Counted from the first letter of the stretch, positions 11,332-25,307 are shown. The stretch is DNA of 64,000 nucleotides from Vermamoeba vermiformis (GCA_045837725.1 JBEWZL010000044.1:248001-312000), one strand, 5' to 3'. Notes: generated from the sequence alone by a model not told the origin. Numbers and translations: made by a program.

Positions 11332-13507
11332 ATGATCGACCCAATTTTAACCCCGATCTCAATCGTTTTCTATGCGGCAGCTTTTGTGTTCTGCACGTAT
11401 ATTATGGTCTATTTCACGCATCCAGACGACAGAAATGTAGCGTTCTTTCCTAAAGTAGTCGTTGTAAGTATCTACAAGCACCTCTGCTACTAAAGTTTAT
11501 TTGAAAATTGGAATGCGGATGTGATTATTGTCGTAAATGACATTTTATTCGAGCAAAATAGTAATAATTTATTATAGGCGATGAGCTTGACCCTCGCAGT
11601 AGCGAATATCTTATTATTACCGTTGGATGTGGCTAGTACAGCCTCAACCTACGACGGCTTGCCCATGGATGTGATTTGGTTGTGCGTTCAAATCCTCATG
11701 GCGGTGCTAGTCATATTGATAATACCATTTTCGTACTTCTATTACTCTAACTATGAACCTTATTCAAAGTAAGTTTCAGATCCGCTCCGGGATAAGTGGG
11801 AATTGAATTCTAACTTCTTAATGATAGGAAGAAGCCGTTGAAGAAGGCATTTATTGGCACTGTAGTCATATTGATCATATTCTGCATTCTATGCGCTGTT
11901 GGATACATTTTTTTGGGCGTGGCAGAAGTGCCGATCGAAGTCCAAGAGGTAAAGAAACAATTTATAGCAAGCTATTTATATTTAAATCATATAGTGACGC
12001 TATATTCTCGCATTTATAAGAATATTGGAGGTCTTTCCTTTCATTTGAAATTTTCCAGTACACGAATGCGGGATCTGATTTCCAAAGTTTATTTTAGCCC
12101 TGATATTAATACCATACAATAGGTGCAATCAGTAGTCAATGCTACTAGACGTCCCGAAGCTTCCGATTGTCCTGAATGCAACTTTGTTTTGCACGATGGC
12201 AGCATCTACTACAGCACGCGCCAATCGTTCCCAGTCAGCTTTATTTTGTTCTTAATTACCGTTATTGCCTTATTAGGCTATTTGTTGTTCATTCTATTCG
12301 CTGGCATCGGTTTCGTCGCTCTTCCTCAACAATTGATCCAAAACTACAGATGGAGACCAATGCCTATCTCCGACGAAGAGTACGTCACTATAATAATATA
12401 GGTAGTATTTCCTAATACTAATATTGCTATTTTTAGATGGAGACAACGCAAAATTAATTTGGGCATGCGAGCTGCTGCGTTGATTAGCAAGGCCAAAGAA
12501 TATCAAAAGAAAAAGCCTTGGCGCAGCGAATTCAACAAATATAAGAAGGTAAATAACACATAATAGTCATAGTATATAATAGCTCTATAAGATAATGAGC
12601 CGGGACTTGAGATCTCTGAATTGGATCTAACTTTTTATTTCCTTTTTAGGAAGTGTTAGCGCTCGAAGATGAATTCAAGTACACGAGACAAGCGCACAAA
12701 TTGAAAGGCAAACACATTCTCTATTACATCGTGTGTCTGATTGGTGGAATTGTTGGGTACGTACCGGATCTACTTTTCACTGAACGAGCATCACGTCTAA
12801 CATTACATTTCCTAATTTAGTATCTTTTTGACGCTGGCTTGGTTGGTGCACATCGTATTATTCAACTGGTTTGACTATTATCCATTCTTGAACAATTTGT
12901 TCTTGGCACTGGATGGCGTCGTTTCCTTTTTTGGAACTGTCTTCTTTGGCATATTCGGATTTTACCTTTTATGGTGCACGATCGAAGGTGTTCTCAAGTT
13001 TGGCTTGCGCATCCCATTCATTTTCGCCATTCATCCCATTAAGTACGTTGAAACAAATTTGACACGTGTCAAGAATTGTCACTAACAGTAACTTTCCTAA
13101 TTAGGAAAAAGGAGACTTATATGGATGCCTGGTTATTCAATGCGGGCATGATTCAATTGGCCTCGGTCGGAGTGTCTTATTTCTTGTCCTTGTCATTCAC
13201 CGTCTACGCCAGATTGAGCTCGAACAACGGTACGCAAAACAAAAAATATCTTTATTTCCAAATAAGGAAATACTCATTCGTTTCATTTGCAGTTATCTAC
13301 AACTTGTCCGTGTTCAACATGCGCGGCTTGAGGTACATCTGGGCACCGTTGTACTGGGTCTTGGTTGGCCTGACATTTATCTCCTTTGTGTACTTTGCAC
13401 TGAGACCTGTTGGCTACAAAAAGAGACTGCAACACACTCGCTCGAAGAGATTGCAACGCAAATATGAAATGCAGCCTTTGAACAACAATAACAACGAAAA
13501 TAAGTAA
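11332..13507 (+). CDS. LMBR1/LIMR-family multi-pass membrane protein
   Basis: VYFTHPDDRNVAFFPKVVV, NILLLPLDVA, IIPFSYFYY, GIGFVALP, ETYMDAWLFN; many introns. Confidence 0.9.
13060..13071. promoter_or_regulatory. intronic palindrome TGACACGTGTCA (first of at least 8 copies; see findings)
   Basis: Exact copies at 13060, 29726, 32296, 36172, 54754, 55131, 60893, 61676. Confidence 0.6.
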
Positions 13508-13618
13508 CGAGCCACATCCAGCTCATAACAACACCGTCATATTTATTCTTGTAAATAAAACCAAATTAATGTACATTATGCACAGTTATACTACAACTAT
13601 TATTAAAAACTAATATCA

Positions 13619-15865
13619 CTACGCAGCCTTAAAATATTCCGAAATAATTTTGAGTGCACTTTCCAGTCCGTTCTCTGTCTTCATTTTTTCCGCTGCTCGC
13701 ATGGCAGTTTGATGGTACAACGGCTTTTCAAGCTCCGTGAGACCTTTAACGAACTTCTTCAACGTCAATTTTCTCATCGGAACTGGCGCTGGACCCAAAT
13801 TATTTCGATGAATTAAATCGCCGTTGAACGGTTGATCTGCTGCCACAGGAAGCTGAAAAATAACCATATTAAGTAATTGAAAAAATAATTCGAGGAAAAT
13901 TTTTTGATCGATGTCTTACAATGAATGTCGGCAGTCCGTAGCGCAGACCAGTGTGTGTGGTACCCGCGCCACCATGATGCACGACTGCACGGCACTGAGG
14001 AAACAACCATTCATGCGATATATCTATAGTCAGATATTATTAGAGTCGGATTCAGGGTCACAAAGTATGAGGTGTGCAACGTACTCTGTTTGATGAAACA
14101 AATGTTGGCGCGTTCAGGCTGACTCGCCAAGAATTCTTCGACTTGCGTAAATCCGTGCAAATTAATCACGCCGCGTCGTTTGACTTGTTCGAGGCCTTGG
14201 ATCCACGTGTTGATAAATGCGTGTTGTTCCTTAGCTTCGAACATGATGCTCATCGTGCTGCCCATGCCAATGTAAATCGGATCATCGCCCGCTGTCAAGA
14301 ACTTTGCCTGTATAATATTTGATAAATAAGATGGTTATTACTAAATATGGCAATGTCTTAATCTTCGTACCAAGTGCTCCGGTTTCTCGAATTCATCGGT
14401 TGTGCAGTATATCGGACCAAGCATATGTTCATTTGCAGCCCTATGAAGAAAGGTCATTATCATGCATGATTACCATAAAAGGAAATAATTGTCTTGTCGT
14501 ACCAATCGTTAGGTCTCGGCAACAGCGCTTGACTGTAAAAAGTCAAACTCGGCATGGCCCATTTAGTAATCATGCCACGGAAGTCAGTACTAATTACTCG
14601 TTAATTAGAACTATTTTACTATAAATGGAAATAATTATTGCCCGTGGACTTACGTGGGTGGTAAATTGAGCAGATCTTTTCTGCACTGATTTATGGTGTC
14701 TTTAGATAACGACCATGCACCCGCATCTTGCAATTTCCACTAGAAGTAATAATTAATATTAGTATCATAGTAAAAAAAAATGACGTAATGTTAAACGAGA
14801 TTATTGTTCCTGGAGCGGATTTGATGTCCAATCAAATTTCAAAAGCGGAATTTTAGTCCGAAGAACAGATTTTGAGACTGGGCTACGAAATTATATTTGC
14901 GACGTACTTTGAGACTGTTCATGAATCCAAACAAGCTCTGTGCTGCGCCGAGCATTGGTGCTGCAAATGCACTTGTCGGTGTGTTGGGATAAAAATTCAA
15001 GACTGCGCATTTGATTTTAGGATTGGCTTCGACCTAATATTATGATTAGTCATTATAATAGTGCTATACATTATGTTTAGTAATGTTATTATAAAATTAG
15101 ATTTTTAAACGGGTGGAAAATTCGATCCGATTGGTTTTGCGAGATCTCGTACCAATGAATATCCGCTAGCGAGGGTTGGAATAGTGTATATAATATAATC
15201 AGCATCAACACATGCTTTGTGCATGGCAGTGAACCATTTTACGACCAGCGGATTGAATAGACCCTAAAAATAACGTCTGTAAATAAGGCATCATCTTTAA
15301 AAATCCTCCATTTATTAAAAATTATTATTTATATTAAATTGTATAATATGCGCATATTATACCAATTATATTACGGTTGCGGTGAATATAAAATTTATTC
15401 CGCAGTTACGATTACGCCAGACCGGAATAAATTCAATATAAATACTAATATACATAGTATTAATAACGATATTAATTCGTACCTTTAATGCTCCTATTCT
15501 CAATAACGATGGATTTCTAGAGACTTCTTGGCCTTCTTTGGTTTCAGCCATAACGTACTCGATATCACCGACAATATCGGCCCATTCGAGTCCTATATTT
15601 ATATTTAATTATGACTATTGTACAAGTATTTATTGTATAAAATCATTTGAAGCGATGGAAAATTAAGTCGGATTGGTTTTTAAATTTTAACTTTAATGTA
15701 ATGATGCTTACCGTGCTCTTCGGTTTTCTTTTGATATTTTTGAGTGGCTACTATAGTCACGCGATATCCTAACTTTTTCAACCCTTCTCCAAGCAAGATG
15801 CAGGGCAAAACATCGCCGAGCGAACCTACAGTGGGAATTACGACTTTGGGCGAGGTAGTGGCCAT
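13619..15865 (-). CDS. sterol 3-beta-glucosyltransferase-like UDP-glycosyltransferase
   Basis: N-terminal [35 protein letters not shown]; multi-exon. Confidence 0.9.
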
Positions 15866-16135
15866 TAATGTTCAATCTGTTAATCAATAAACTTTAATAA
15901 ACTCGAGGTAGCAATGACAGAACTTTGTAATCTCGTCAACGGGAGATTTATTCCAAAATTGGACAAATACAATTTTACCAGCAATTCGAATTGGTCCGTG
16001 GATCAGGTTCCATACCATGGTTGTTAATTAATCGTAAACGACAATAGGTAGTGATTTAGCGTGTTTATTTACAAATTTTGACAGATCTAGTTTCTAAATT
16101 GAATTAGCATTACAATGTTGTCTATTAGTACTCTC

Positions 16136-18470
16136 TTATTGGTTTGACACTAAATAGTTGGCTGCAAGTTCAGCGTTGCCATTGCAGACCCTAATAAAGC
16201 AAAAATTGTTAGTGATCCGGATTCACAGAAAAAACGAGATTCGCTATTGCAGTCACGAGTATGATAATTTCTTATCGCAATGGACGTTTCTTATTGTAAT
16301 ACACTTACTTTAGAGCTTCAATGCATCGCTCGCGAGGGAATCCCAAGTTGATCAGTTCTTGAATGGTGGATTCAGGGAAGGCAGCAGGAGCAGCGCTAGG
16401 TCCCGTAGGATTGTTGTTGTTGTTCGGCTGATTGGTATTTGGCGCGGACACGTCTTGCATCGTCTCGTCGGGCTGTTCTTCGTCGCGCAAACTCTTTGGA
16501 ATATCTTTTTCAGACAAGAACGGCACTGTCTCTTCACCGATCTTCAGCACTCCTTGCTTCAAATCAATAACGCACTATAAAGCAGTAATATTAACATATA
16601 TGAAATAAAAATAGCATCATAATAAAATTTGTAGGCTATTATTTGCATAAAATGATGTTTTGAAAAGTTGTTTGGATGTGGATTCGTTCACCGTACCTGA
16701 TGTCTGCGCAACATATCCAGACCCAACAAGAAGTCCATACTCGAGTCTTCGAGGATAGTAAACGAGCATGGGAAGAAGGACTTGCCAATCTTCAAGTGGG
16801 CCAAGTGAACTCGACCGACAATGCGTGCTGTACCAACACCGCGTGCAATGCCTGCAAATCTCTTGTCTACCAAGCGCATGATACTACAGCAATATTAGTA
16901 TCGGATTCATATATATTTTCCAGATGAAATGACGTAGAAACTACTATCAAATTATTTAAAGATTTAACTGACAGCCAGAAGTAGAACTTTGATCTGACTT
17001 CCAAATAAGGAAATAATGACTTACCCGCATCGTTCAGCACAAGCGACACTCATGATAGTCTGTTGGGCACCAGAGTCAACGAATGCCTTGACGGGCACGT
17101 GATTGACATCGACGTCAATGTACAACATGACCACGCGACCAAAGGCCTCAGGATTGTATTCGATCGCTTTCTCCATGTTCTCGTTAATGTTTTCTTGTTG
17201 AATTTGTTCTTCAATGCGTCGTTGTACATCAGGGTTCATCAGATCTTCTTGGCTGTAATTCTAAACATCGTCGCAAAAATAAAATCAGAATCTAATTATG
17301 GACCAATATAATATGGGCCATTATAATATTACCATTTGCGCAGCACTTCGTCGTTGTTGCTGTTGCACTCTCGTTCTGATGCGTTCTTGCAAAAGATCGT
17401 TCAAAAGCTTCGTGTCGTCGCTCAGCACTGCTTCAGCGAGTTCTGGATCCGACTAGCAAATACATCAAGTCAGTTAGCATTCTTTTAATATAACATCATT
17501 ATAATGAACTTACGCCTAATAAACTGTTCAACATTTCTGGATTGCTCTTCACGTAATTTCGGAACGTCTCCGGGTCAATATTTGAACTAAATAACGGAGT
17601 TAAGCATTTGAATATAGCAGTCATAGCATCTATTTATATAGTAGTCATATTATATAGTACTTACGGAATGGTTGGCTGTGGTTGTACGGGTTGAGGAATT
17701 TGTTGCAATAATTGGGGTGGAATTAAATTGGCTGGGAGTTGAGGGGTAGGTCTTTTCGCGCTAAATACAAATTATTATTATATTGATATTCGTATTGTAA
17801 TAATAATCGGGTTTGAATTGAATTTTTGAACCTAAATTAGGAAATAAAAAAATTATTCTTACCCGCCAGGGGAGGGATTAGGATTGGCATTCGGAATTAA
17901 CGGCTGTCCTTGCAGTAAATGTGGCGGAATTAAATTTTGTGGCAATTTAATTGCTCCTGGGTTGATCTGTGTTGGAGCTTTGCGCAAAAATAAAAGATCG
18001 TTTTCTTTGACGCCGATCTGGTTCAATTTAGTGCCGCTTTTAATTTCTTTTCCATCGAATAATAATATTTGCTTAGCGATGGGTAAGTTAATCTGCAAGA
18101 ATAAGTTAGTTCAGAAAAAATTGCGTTGCAAATTCCGATATTAAATTGAAAAGCAATTAATGAAACGGAGTACTGTTCGAATATTATTTATATCATAGAA
18201 TTACTGTTATTATTTCGCTCGCACACAGGCTATTCTTTTAAACTTCTGAGAAATAAGAAATTTACTTACTTCGACTTCCAAAATTGCCTTAACGTCGTCA
18301 ATCTGTAATTAAATGAGCGCACGGTTAATACAATATTACTCAATATTTTTTGTAATTTTCTAAATCGAGAAAAATTACAAAAATTTCGGATGTGCTTTGC
18401 GTACCTCTTCGTCAGGCTGGACGTTTAAATTAATGATTTTGCCGGTCTCAGTAGTCACTGTTATATGCAT
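16136..18470 (-). CDS. DDI1: DNA damage-inducible protein 1 (UBL, retroviral-like protease, UBA)
   Basis: N-terminal [40 protein letters not shown]-terminal UBA ([12 protein letters not shown]). Confidence 0.95.
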
Positions 18471-18647
18471 TGGGATTGAGTACACAGAGTTGTGGTAGTG
18501 TGTTGGTTTTTGACTGAAATTTAAAAGATGAAAATTTCGTCACCAGTCAACTGGATCCGCTCGTGACCGGTAGTGACGTGGCATGTTCACCCCTTTATGT
18601 TTATGACGCACTTCAAAAAAACAGGTGTATTTTGTCGGCTATCGGTA

Positions 18648-20083
18648 GGGAGTCTGTAACCTTTGTCGGTTCGGCCCAAAAACCAACCAAAAAATCCAAA
18701 CCGACAAAAGATCGGTTTTGTGGATGTAAAACTGGAACCGATAAGAGATCGGTTCAGGTTGGTTTATAATATTATATTATGCTGTATCGTGTTCGTAGGA
18801 GTCGAGAATAAGGATTTATTTATTATTGTATGAAGATAAGTTAATTTCTTGGCCAGATTTAAATCCACACGGAAGTTCATCTTCAATCGCTTTTCTTCTC
18901 CTTAGCTAGCACTTTAATTACTCTATTATGTACTGTAATTATGATTTCGGCTAATTACTGCAGTCTTGGTCGAATTGGAAAGTTGATAAGACTCGGATCG
19001 GTTCTGATCCGCTGGTGTTTCCAAACCAAGCTTACTGTCAACAACGATGTTGCTTCCACATTGTCATTTTTGCATATTTTATTTGTATTTCAACCGCTTT
19101 CTATGTAAAATGTCCAAGTATAAGCATCTAAACGGAATCAGTAACTGGTTGTACTCAGATCAGCGTTAAATACTTAGAGTAGATTTTAATTTCACGGAGA
19201 TCGCAGCACAGGCTTTATAACTACGTAGTAAAATTGTCCAGATGTAAAATCAATGGTTAAAATCTTACCAAAGATAGTCTGGGAATATAAGGTTCATCGC
19301 TAGTGCTTCGGTTCTAATCGCTCTGTAGTGCATCGCTTTCCATGAACCACCCTGATCAGTAAACCCTTAGCATGTGGAAGCAATGATATTGGTTTAGATT
19401 GGATTAGCCAGTACTACAAGCAATCTATAATAAGCGAGTTAAAATTTTGCGAGATCAGTGAAAAGCACCTGCAACTTCCTTGTAATCTCTAGGCTGGCTA
19501 TCGAAAAAGTTTTTCATAATGATAAAATTTACTCCGCAATAAAATTAGTCCTAAAAAAGTGCTCAATGGTACACCAGGGCGATAGCGGTATTGACCTCGG
19601 AAAATTGAAAAAAAGACAGCCAACCCAAAAAATATTATATGAATTCTGTAAAATATTAACAATATTTTACCGTATCATCATGCGTCAAGAGTCTTCTCGG
19701 CAAAAGAAGCCAGATTATGAGTGAATTTTGCATCCGTTGGTCGGAAAGAGTGACGGAAGATTCAGTAGTCTGTGCCGATGGGTTTACCCAATAAATTACA
19801 TTGTATAGTATGCGTTGCACCAATTAATATTTGTCCTAGAAATGCTTCGTTGATCACGCGGACAGATGGGACAAAATTGTTGCGAAATGGTCAAGAATGC
19901 TTCAAAACCATATAATTATGTGTTTTGCCCATGAGATGCGGCAAGCCTGTGGTAGTTCATGATCGGTTCAGGTCGGTTTTCGGATTTTATCGGTTCCAGT
20001 TTTACATCCACAAAACCGATCTTTTGTCGGTTTGAATTTTTTGGTTGGTTTTCAGGCTGAACCGACAAAGGTTACAGACTCCC
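18648..20083. mobile_element. non-autonomous TIR DNA transposon with 8-bp TSD (Mutator/MULE- or hAT-like)
   Basis: About 97-bp TIRs (GGGAGTCTGTAACCTTTGTCGG... / ...CCGACAAAGGTTACAGACTCCC) with few mismatches; TATCGGTA at 18640-18647 and 20084-20091. Confidence 0.9.
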
Positions 20084-20143
20084 TATCGGTACCAGTCTCA
20101 TTGGATGCGGCAGTGTTTTCGGCATTCTATTTAACTGAGCAAA

Positions 20144-21357
20144 ATGTCGAACAATCCAGAAGAAAATTTTGAGGAAGACGAAGTTGAATATGACGTCGAC
20201 GAAGGTTTAGAAGATGCACTTAAAGAGCTTGAACAAAATTGGTTTCAAAAGGCGTCGTTGTTGAAAACACATCTCATTTCCCCGTTCCACGATGCTGCGG
20301 CCAAGGGAAATACGGATAAAATTAAAGGTAGGCACGCGTTAAATATTGTCGTTGTTATTTATTTTTGCGATTCAAGCAAATAGAAGATTTTGTTAATTTT
20401 TTGGATGGGGCCGTTTAGTTTACTAGCATGTTCATAATTACTCAAAAATAATTATTTATGGAACGATTTTATACTCGAGAATATTAAGCCAAAATTCTTT
20501 AATATTGATTTTTTGGTTGGGCATCCGGCTTGATAAAATATTTGTTAATTTATTTGCACGTACCTTATTATTAATATTAAATATTATTGACAATAATTAC
20601 AGAATTCATTGCTGATGGACGGGATCCAAACATTCGAGACGAAGCCAAGAACACGCCCTTGCACTGGGCAGCGGGTGCTGGTCATGCAGAAGCTATTTCT
20701 TATTTATTATCACTTCCTAATATCGATCTCACCGCACAAAATCTTCTCGGAGATACTGCTCTTCACCGCGTAAGATCTCGATCCAAACTTTCCACCCCTA
20801 TTACCATTTCTGTCTCCGTTCCTATATCTACTCAAACGCGGAGTAGTACCATATACACTAGTAACCTTATTATAAATTGTTTAGGCCGTCTGGCGTGGTC
20901 AAACAGAGGCCGTTCGACTGTTGCTGGATAAAGGCATTGATACTCAGATAGTAAATAAGCAAGGACATCGAGTACGTATATTTATGTTATAGTCATCGTC
21001 GTAGATAAAATGAAAGGATTGGTATCGGACTAAATAGCTAACAAAGCTCGTGTAACAGGCGATAGATCTGGTCCGAGACAACTTTGATATTGGCTTGATG
21101 ATTCAAGAATACTCTCCGCCAACAGGTATTTATATAGTACTATTCATTTATATCCAGCACGTTAACGAGCGTTTCGAAATGTAGCACTTGAGTTGGAATT
21201 TATGAAGGATCTGAACTTTGATGAAGGAGAGGAAGATGGAGACGTGCATGGCAATGAAAACTTTAACTTTGAAGATGAAGAAGATGACGACGATGATGAT
21301 GGCGAGGACGATAATATGGAAGACGATCCGGGCCAGTTTGAAGACGCAGACGATTAA
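20144..21357 (+). CDS. ankyrin-repeat protein with acidic termini (OSTF1-like ankyrin core, no SH3)
   Basis: SPFHDAAAKGN, NTPLHWAAGAGH, LPNIDLTAQNLLGDTALHR; Asp/Glu-rich tail. Confidence 0.85.
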
Positions 21358-21523
21358 TCACACCGGTCTGCCGAGCCATTAATTGTTGTCATATTATAGA
21401 ACCAGTTTTGTTGTATTATTTAGCGCTATTAAAGTTTAAAAAGCCTTGAAATTTGCCGGTTGTAGTGGGTACAGGACAAAAAACTACGAGCAATTTAACT
21501 TTTATCTTTGTATATAACACAAC

Positions 21524-23518
21524 ATGCCTATTATTTATAGTATCGTGTCCCGAGAGGACACAATATTGGCAGAGCATAACGCGGCTGCTAAAAAGGTGAA
21601 CGTTCCAAATGTTGTCCGTCAGATCTTAACCAAGATCCCCACCGACCAAAACATGAAAAAAACCTATACAAATGAAGGGTAGGTTGGAACCAAAATATTA
21701 AAAAAATATTTTGCTGGTGATTTAAGTATAGACCAACAAGGGGGTAATTGCAAATAACCTCATCATTTTTCACCCGTTACAAATTTTGACCCATTAGTAT
21801 TTGTCTCGAGCTATTAGCGTTGTAATATTTGTTTAAACGTAAAGTAAATTTTGAATAATATTTTGGCTTCAAATAACTTCATTTTCACATTTTCGATTTT
21901 GCCTCGATCCGATCTTTTTTTGGCAAGCATTTATTTATTTAATTTGTTTTTTAATTAGGGTGTATTTCGATGTCTTTGTAGAAGGAGGCTTCATCTTCTT
22001 ATGCGTATCAATACAGGATTCTCGTATGTATTTTTAGCTTTTTCTTTCTCATCCTTTTACGAATTTATAAATACGTTAAGCGTTACCTTAACGCGATCGA
22101 GTTGAGTAATATTTTAATTATTATATTACGCCGACTCACCCATTCTGTTAGCATCGAGAATGGTTTGCTACCAATTTCTGGAAGCCATCAAGAACGAATG
22201 GAAAACGACGTATGGCGCTGCCGCGAATACAGCAATAGCGTATGCGATGAACGAAGATTTTGGTCGAATTTTGGCTCGTAAAATGGTATTGACACCTGAT
22301 TGACTGTTTTGAGATCTCTCCGATGCCCCGACAAATTATGTTTAAAATTTACGTTCGTTACTAATTGCTGGATTGATTTATGGTTATGCAATTGGACAAA
22401 TTTGGCAAGTGTGGTAAAATAACGCTTTTTTATCACACAGGAGTTCTATTCGAACGATCCTTCCGTGGACAAGATTAGAGCAGTTAGCGAGCAGATAGAT
22501 AGCGTCAAAGCTACCATGGTAAAAAACTTAGGTAAGTAGTAGACTTCGGATAAATTTATTTTAATCCAGGCAACCCGAGATTTTTTTGGAATCGCATCCA
22601 TCGCGCGACTTTTGACATGTCCTTAAACAGATAGGGTAATCGAACGCGGAGAAAAAATTGAAGAGTTGGTCGATAAGACGGAGAATCTCAATTATCAAGC
22701 GAATTCCTTCAAAACGAAATCGGGACAGTTGAAGAGACATTATCGATGCAAGAACCAAAAGATTACGATAATTTTTATTATCTTCCTGTTGGTAAGATTA
22801 CAAAACGATAATGAGAGCCAATTCATTCCTTGGCAATGTAGCTTGGCAAATTGCAACTTCCAAGTCCCCTCAAATCTTCAAAACTTGCCTCTTATGGTTT
22901 AAGGGGACAAAGGATCGAAACATACGAAATTTCCGTAACGCAAAAATAGCCGTTTTAAAATTTTATCAAAAATGAGCTTTGCCTAGTACGATTCGCCGTT
23001 ATTGGCAATAACCATATCGGGCAATTTCATTTTGTCGGGTCGTTTGGACCTTAAAATAACTAACACGCTTTACTTAAGGCTTTGGGCTACGCTATCGCAG
23101 CATTTGCTTGCCACGGTCCCTTGTTGAACGCTTGCATCAGTGCTATGTTCCCCGGCGACAACAGCACCGTTATTGTTAATTCAACTGTGACATCCAGTGA
23201 CACTAGATTAGGCTCGATCTCTCAAGCTGTTTACACTGCGATCGGTCTCGGTACGTATTGTGCTTTTCCAATTTCTGGACTTTATAAACCAACATACTAT
23301 ATTTAGAATATAGGGAGTCGGTGTGGATTGAACAGCAAGCTATGGCGCGCAACCAACGGAGTATAACTACTGATAAAGCGGCCTCAGGAATGACAAAGCA
23401 GCGCGACTACTTGCAGCATGCGAAGGGCGCTTCGCTAAAGACGCGCGCAAATGTGATTCATCAACTCACGACGCGATTAGTGAACAGCCGGCGAAAGATT
23501 GATAATACAGTTACGTAG
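21524..23518 (+). CDS. VAMP7: longin R-SNARE of the VAMP7 family with C-terminal extension
   Basis: MPIIYSIVSR longin domain; VIERGEKIEELVDKTENL SNARE motif; TM helix ITIIFIIFLL. Confidence 0.85.
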
Positions 23519-24184
23519 GCATGATAAGTGATGAATTAGTCAAAAGTAAATTTTGGTTTTTCAACTTATGTGAGCTGGCGGTAATCTCCCGACGATGATC
23601 GTGACATTACAACTACTGTCCACTTCGCGAATCGAACTGGGTTTAGAATCGTTGAAATAGTGTGGAGCGAGTAGCTGTAAGTACGCTATCGTAAATTATT
23701 GAGACAACTTACTAACTTCTTTCGTTCTAGCTCGGAATAGTTATCCCGTAATCGACTATTGAATGACCGCATGCATAATCATCTTCTTTGATATCATTCG
23801 TCTAGATTCTTGCTTTACCACTGAAACCTTCCATATTAAGAACTTTCGTTCGGTGAGGGCGGCAACTCAGCAGGTTAACCCTTACAGCGAACATTCACAG
23901 CTGTTCTCGTTGGGTATCGCAAGGTTGAACACTAGAGCTCCGTAGGTATCATCCGTTACTAGCAGGTTGCGTTTCACAAGTTTATTTTTAGCGCTCCACG
24001 TGGGTTCAGGCTTAAAAGGCTTCGCGTGCCTTAGTTAATCCTCAATCAACAACAAGCTACCACTCTTACCATCACTACTCATCACTATGCCTCGCCGCGA
24101 CTCTGTTCTCGCTAAGAAATGTAATGCCGATTGTGTCAAGGTTTGCCACGCTCGTTTTCTAACACGATTTAAAAAACAGTTCGA

Positions 24185-25307
24185 ATGCAATGCCCCGATT
24201 GTGCTACATCCAGGACTCAACGATTCGTCAACAGACAGATTGGAGTCGTTTGCGCCTGCGGCAACATTTTAGGAACACCGAGATGTCGTGTAAGTGGATA
24301 ATCCCTATTTCAAACATTGCAAACTGACAGTTTTTCTTAGTCTTGCAATACTCCTGGGGATCACCCTCATCAACTTAACAAAGGTCGCTGGGCCTGCATC
24401 CCTTGCAAAGCAACCTTTACTTACCCGAGAGGTTAGGATTCTTCAAATTGCTTCCCACTAAAGCACATGCTAATTAATCTTTTACACGCGTAGGTCCCAA
24501 AACTAAAAGAAGACGCGCGAAGTTTACTAACACTAAGAAGAGTAAGAAGAGCTTGAAACGTGTGACACGTCGTCTTAGCCAGATGTCATTGAGGACATAC
24601 GATTCGAATATGGAGTAAGTCGCTTTTTATGGCTCTAAACCGAGAAAAGGTATTAATACGTTTGACAATCACAGAAAGCTTTTGGCCGAAATGCTCTTCC
24701 AAAAGAAACGACAATCAAGTAACGTGGATGGAGCTTCGAACGCAAAGCTTGTGAACTCCGTGTCTAACTTGCTGCTATCTCCAACAATGGTGCCTGAGAG
24801 GGCCTTCACTCCCAAGGTACGTCGCGAGGAAAATCTCGAGCTTGGCAATTGAAATTAACTAAAATGGCAAATTTATAGACCACGGATGTGCTTTCTTATC
24901 AACCCGAAAAGAGCTCTGTTGAAGTACAGAAGAATGCCATCGATGCCACCTGCGAGTCGGTAAGTTCGAAATCTTTATTCTTGAAAGTGGATTAATTTTA
25001 GATCCTATCCGAAGCCTATTTCGGGTTTTTCCTGAATTACTATTTAATAGGGCGATAACAGCTCAGATGACTGCGATCAAGATTCGTCTGACGAGGTCTG
25101 CTCGAGTTCTTGCGAGGAGATGGTTTCTGAATCGTTTACCAACAATGCAAGTAATTAATTAATTCTCGCTTATACGACACTTATTAATCATGTATCGTTC
25201 AATCTTAGTTAAGTGATGATGATTCGGATTCTAATTTGGACATCATGGATGACACTTGGGATGACATTGCGCCAGTAGCGTCATGCATGACCGTTGATCG
25301 CCAGTAA
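24185..25307 (+). CDS. hypothetical protein with N-terminal zinc-ribbon-like Cys pairs, basic stretch and acidic tail
   Basis: Spliced frame MQCPDC...CACG...CRSC...CIPC, then KTKRRRAKF; several GT-AG introns. Confidence 0.6.

Noticed and set aside
23872-23935. possible H/ACA hairpin ending in ACA
   Set aside because: Asymmetric pocket, and no H box or first hairpin found
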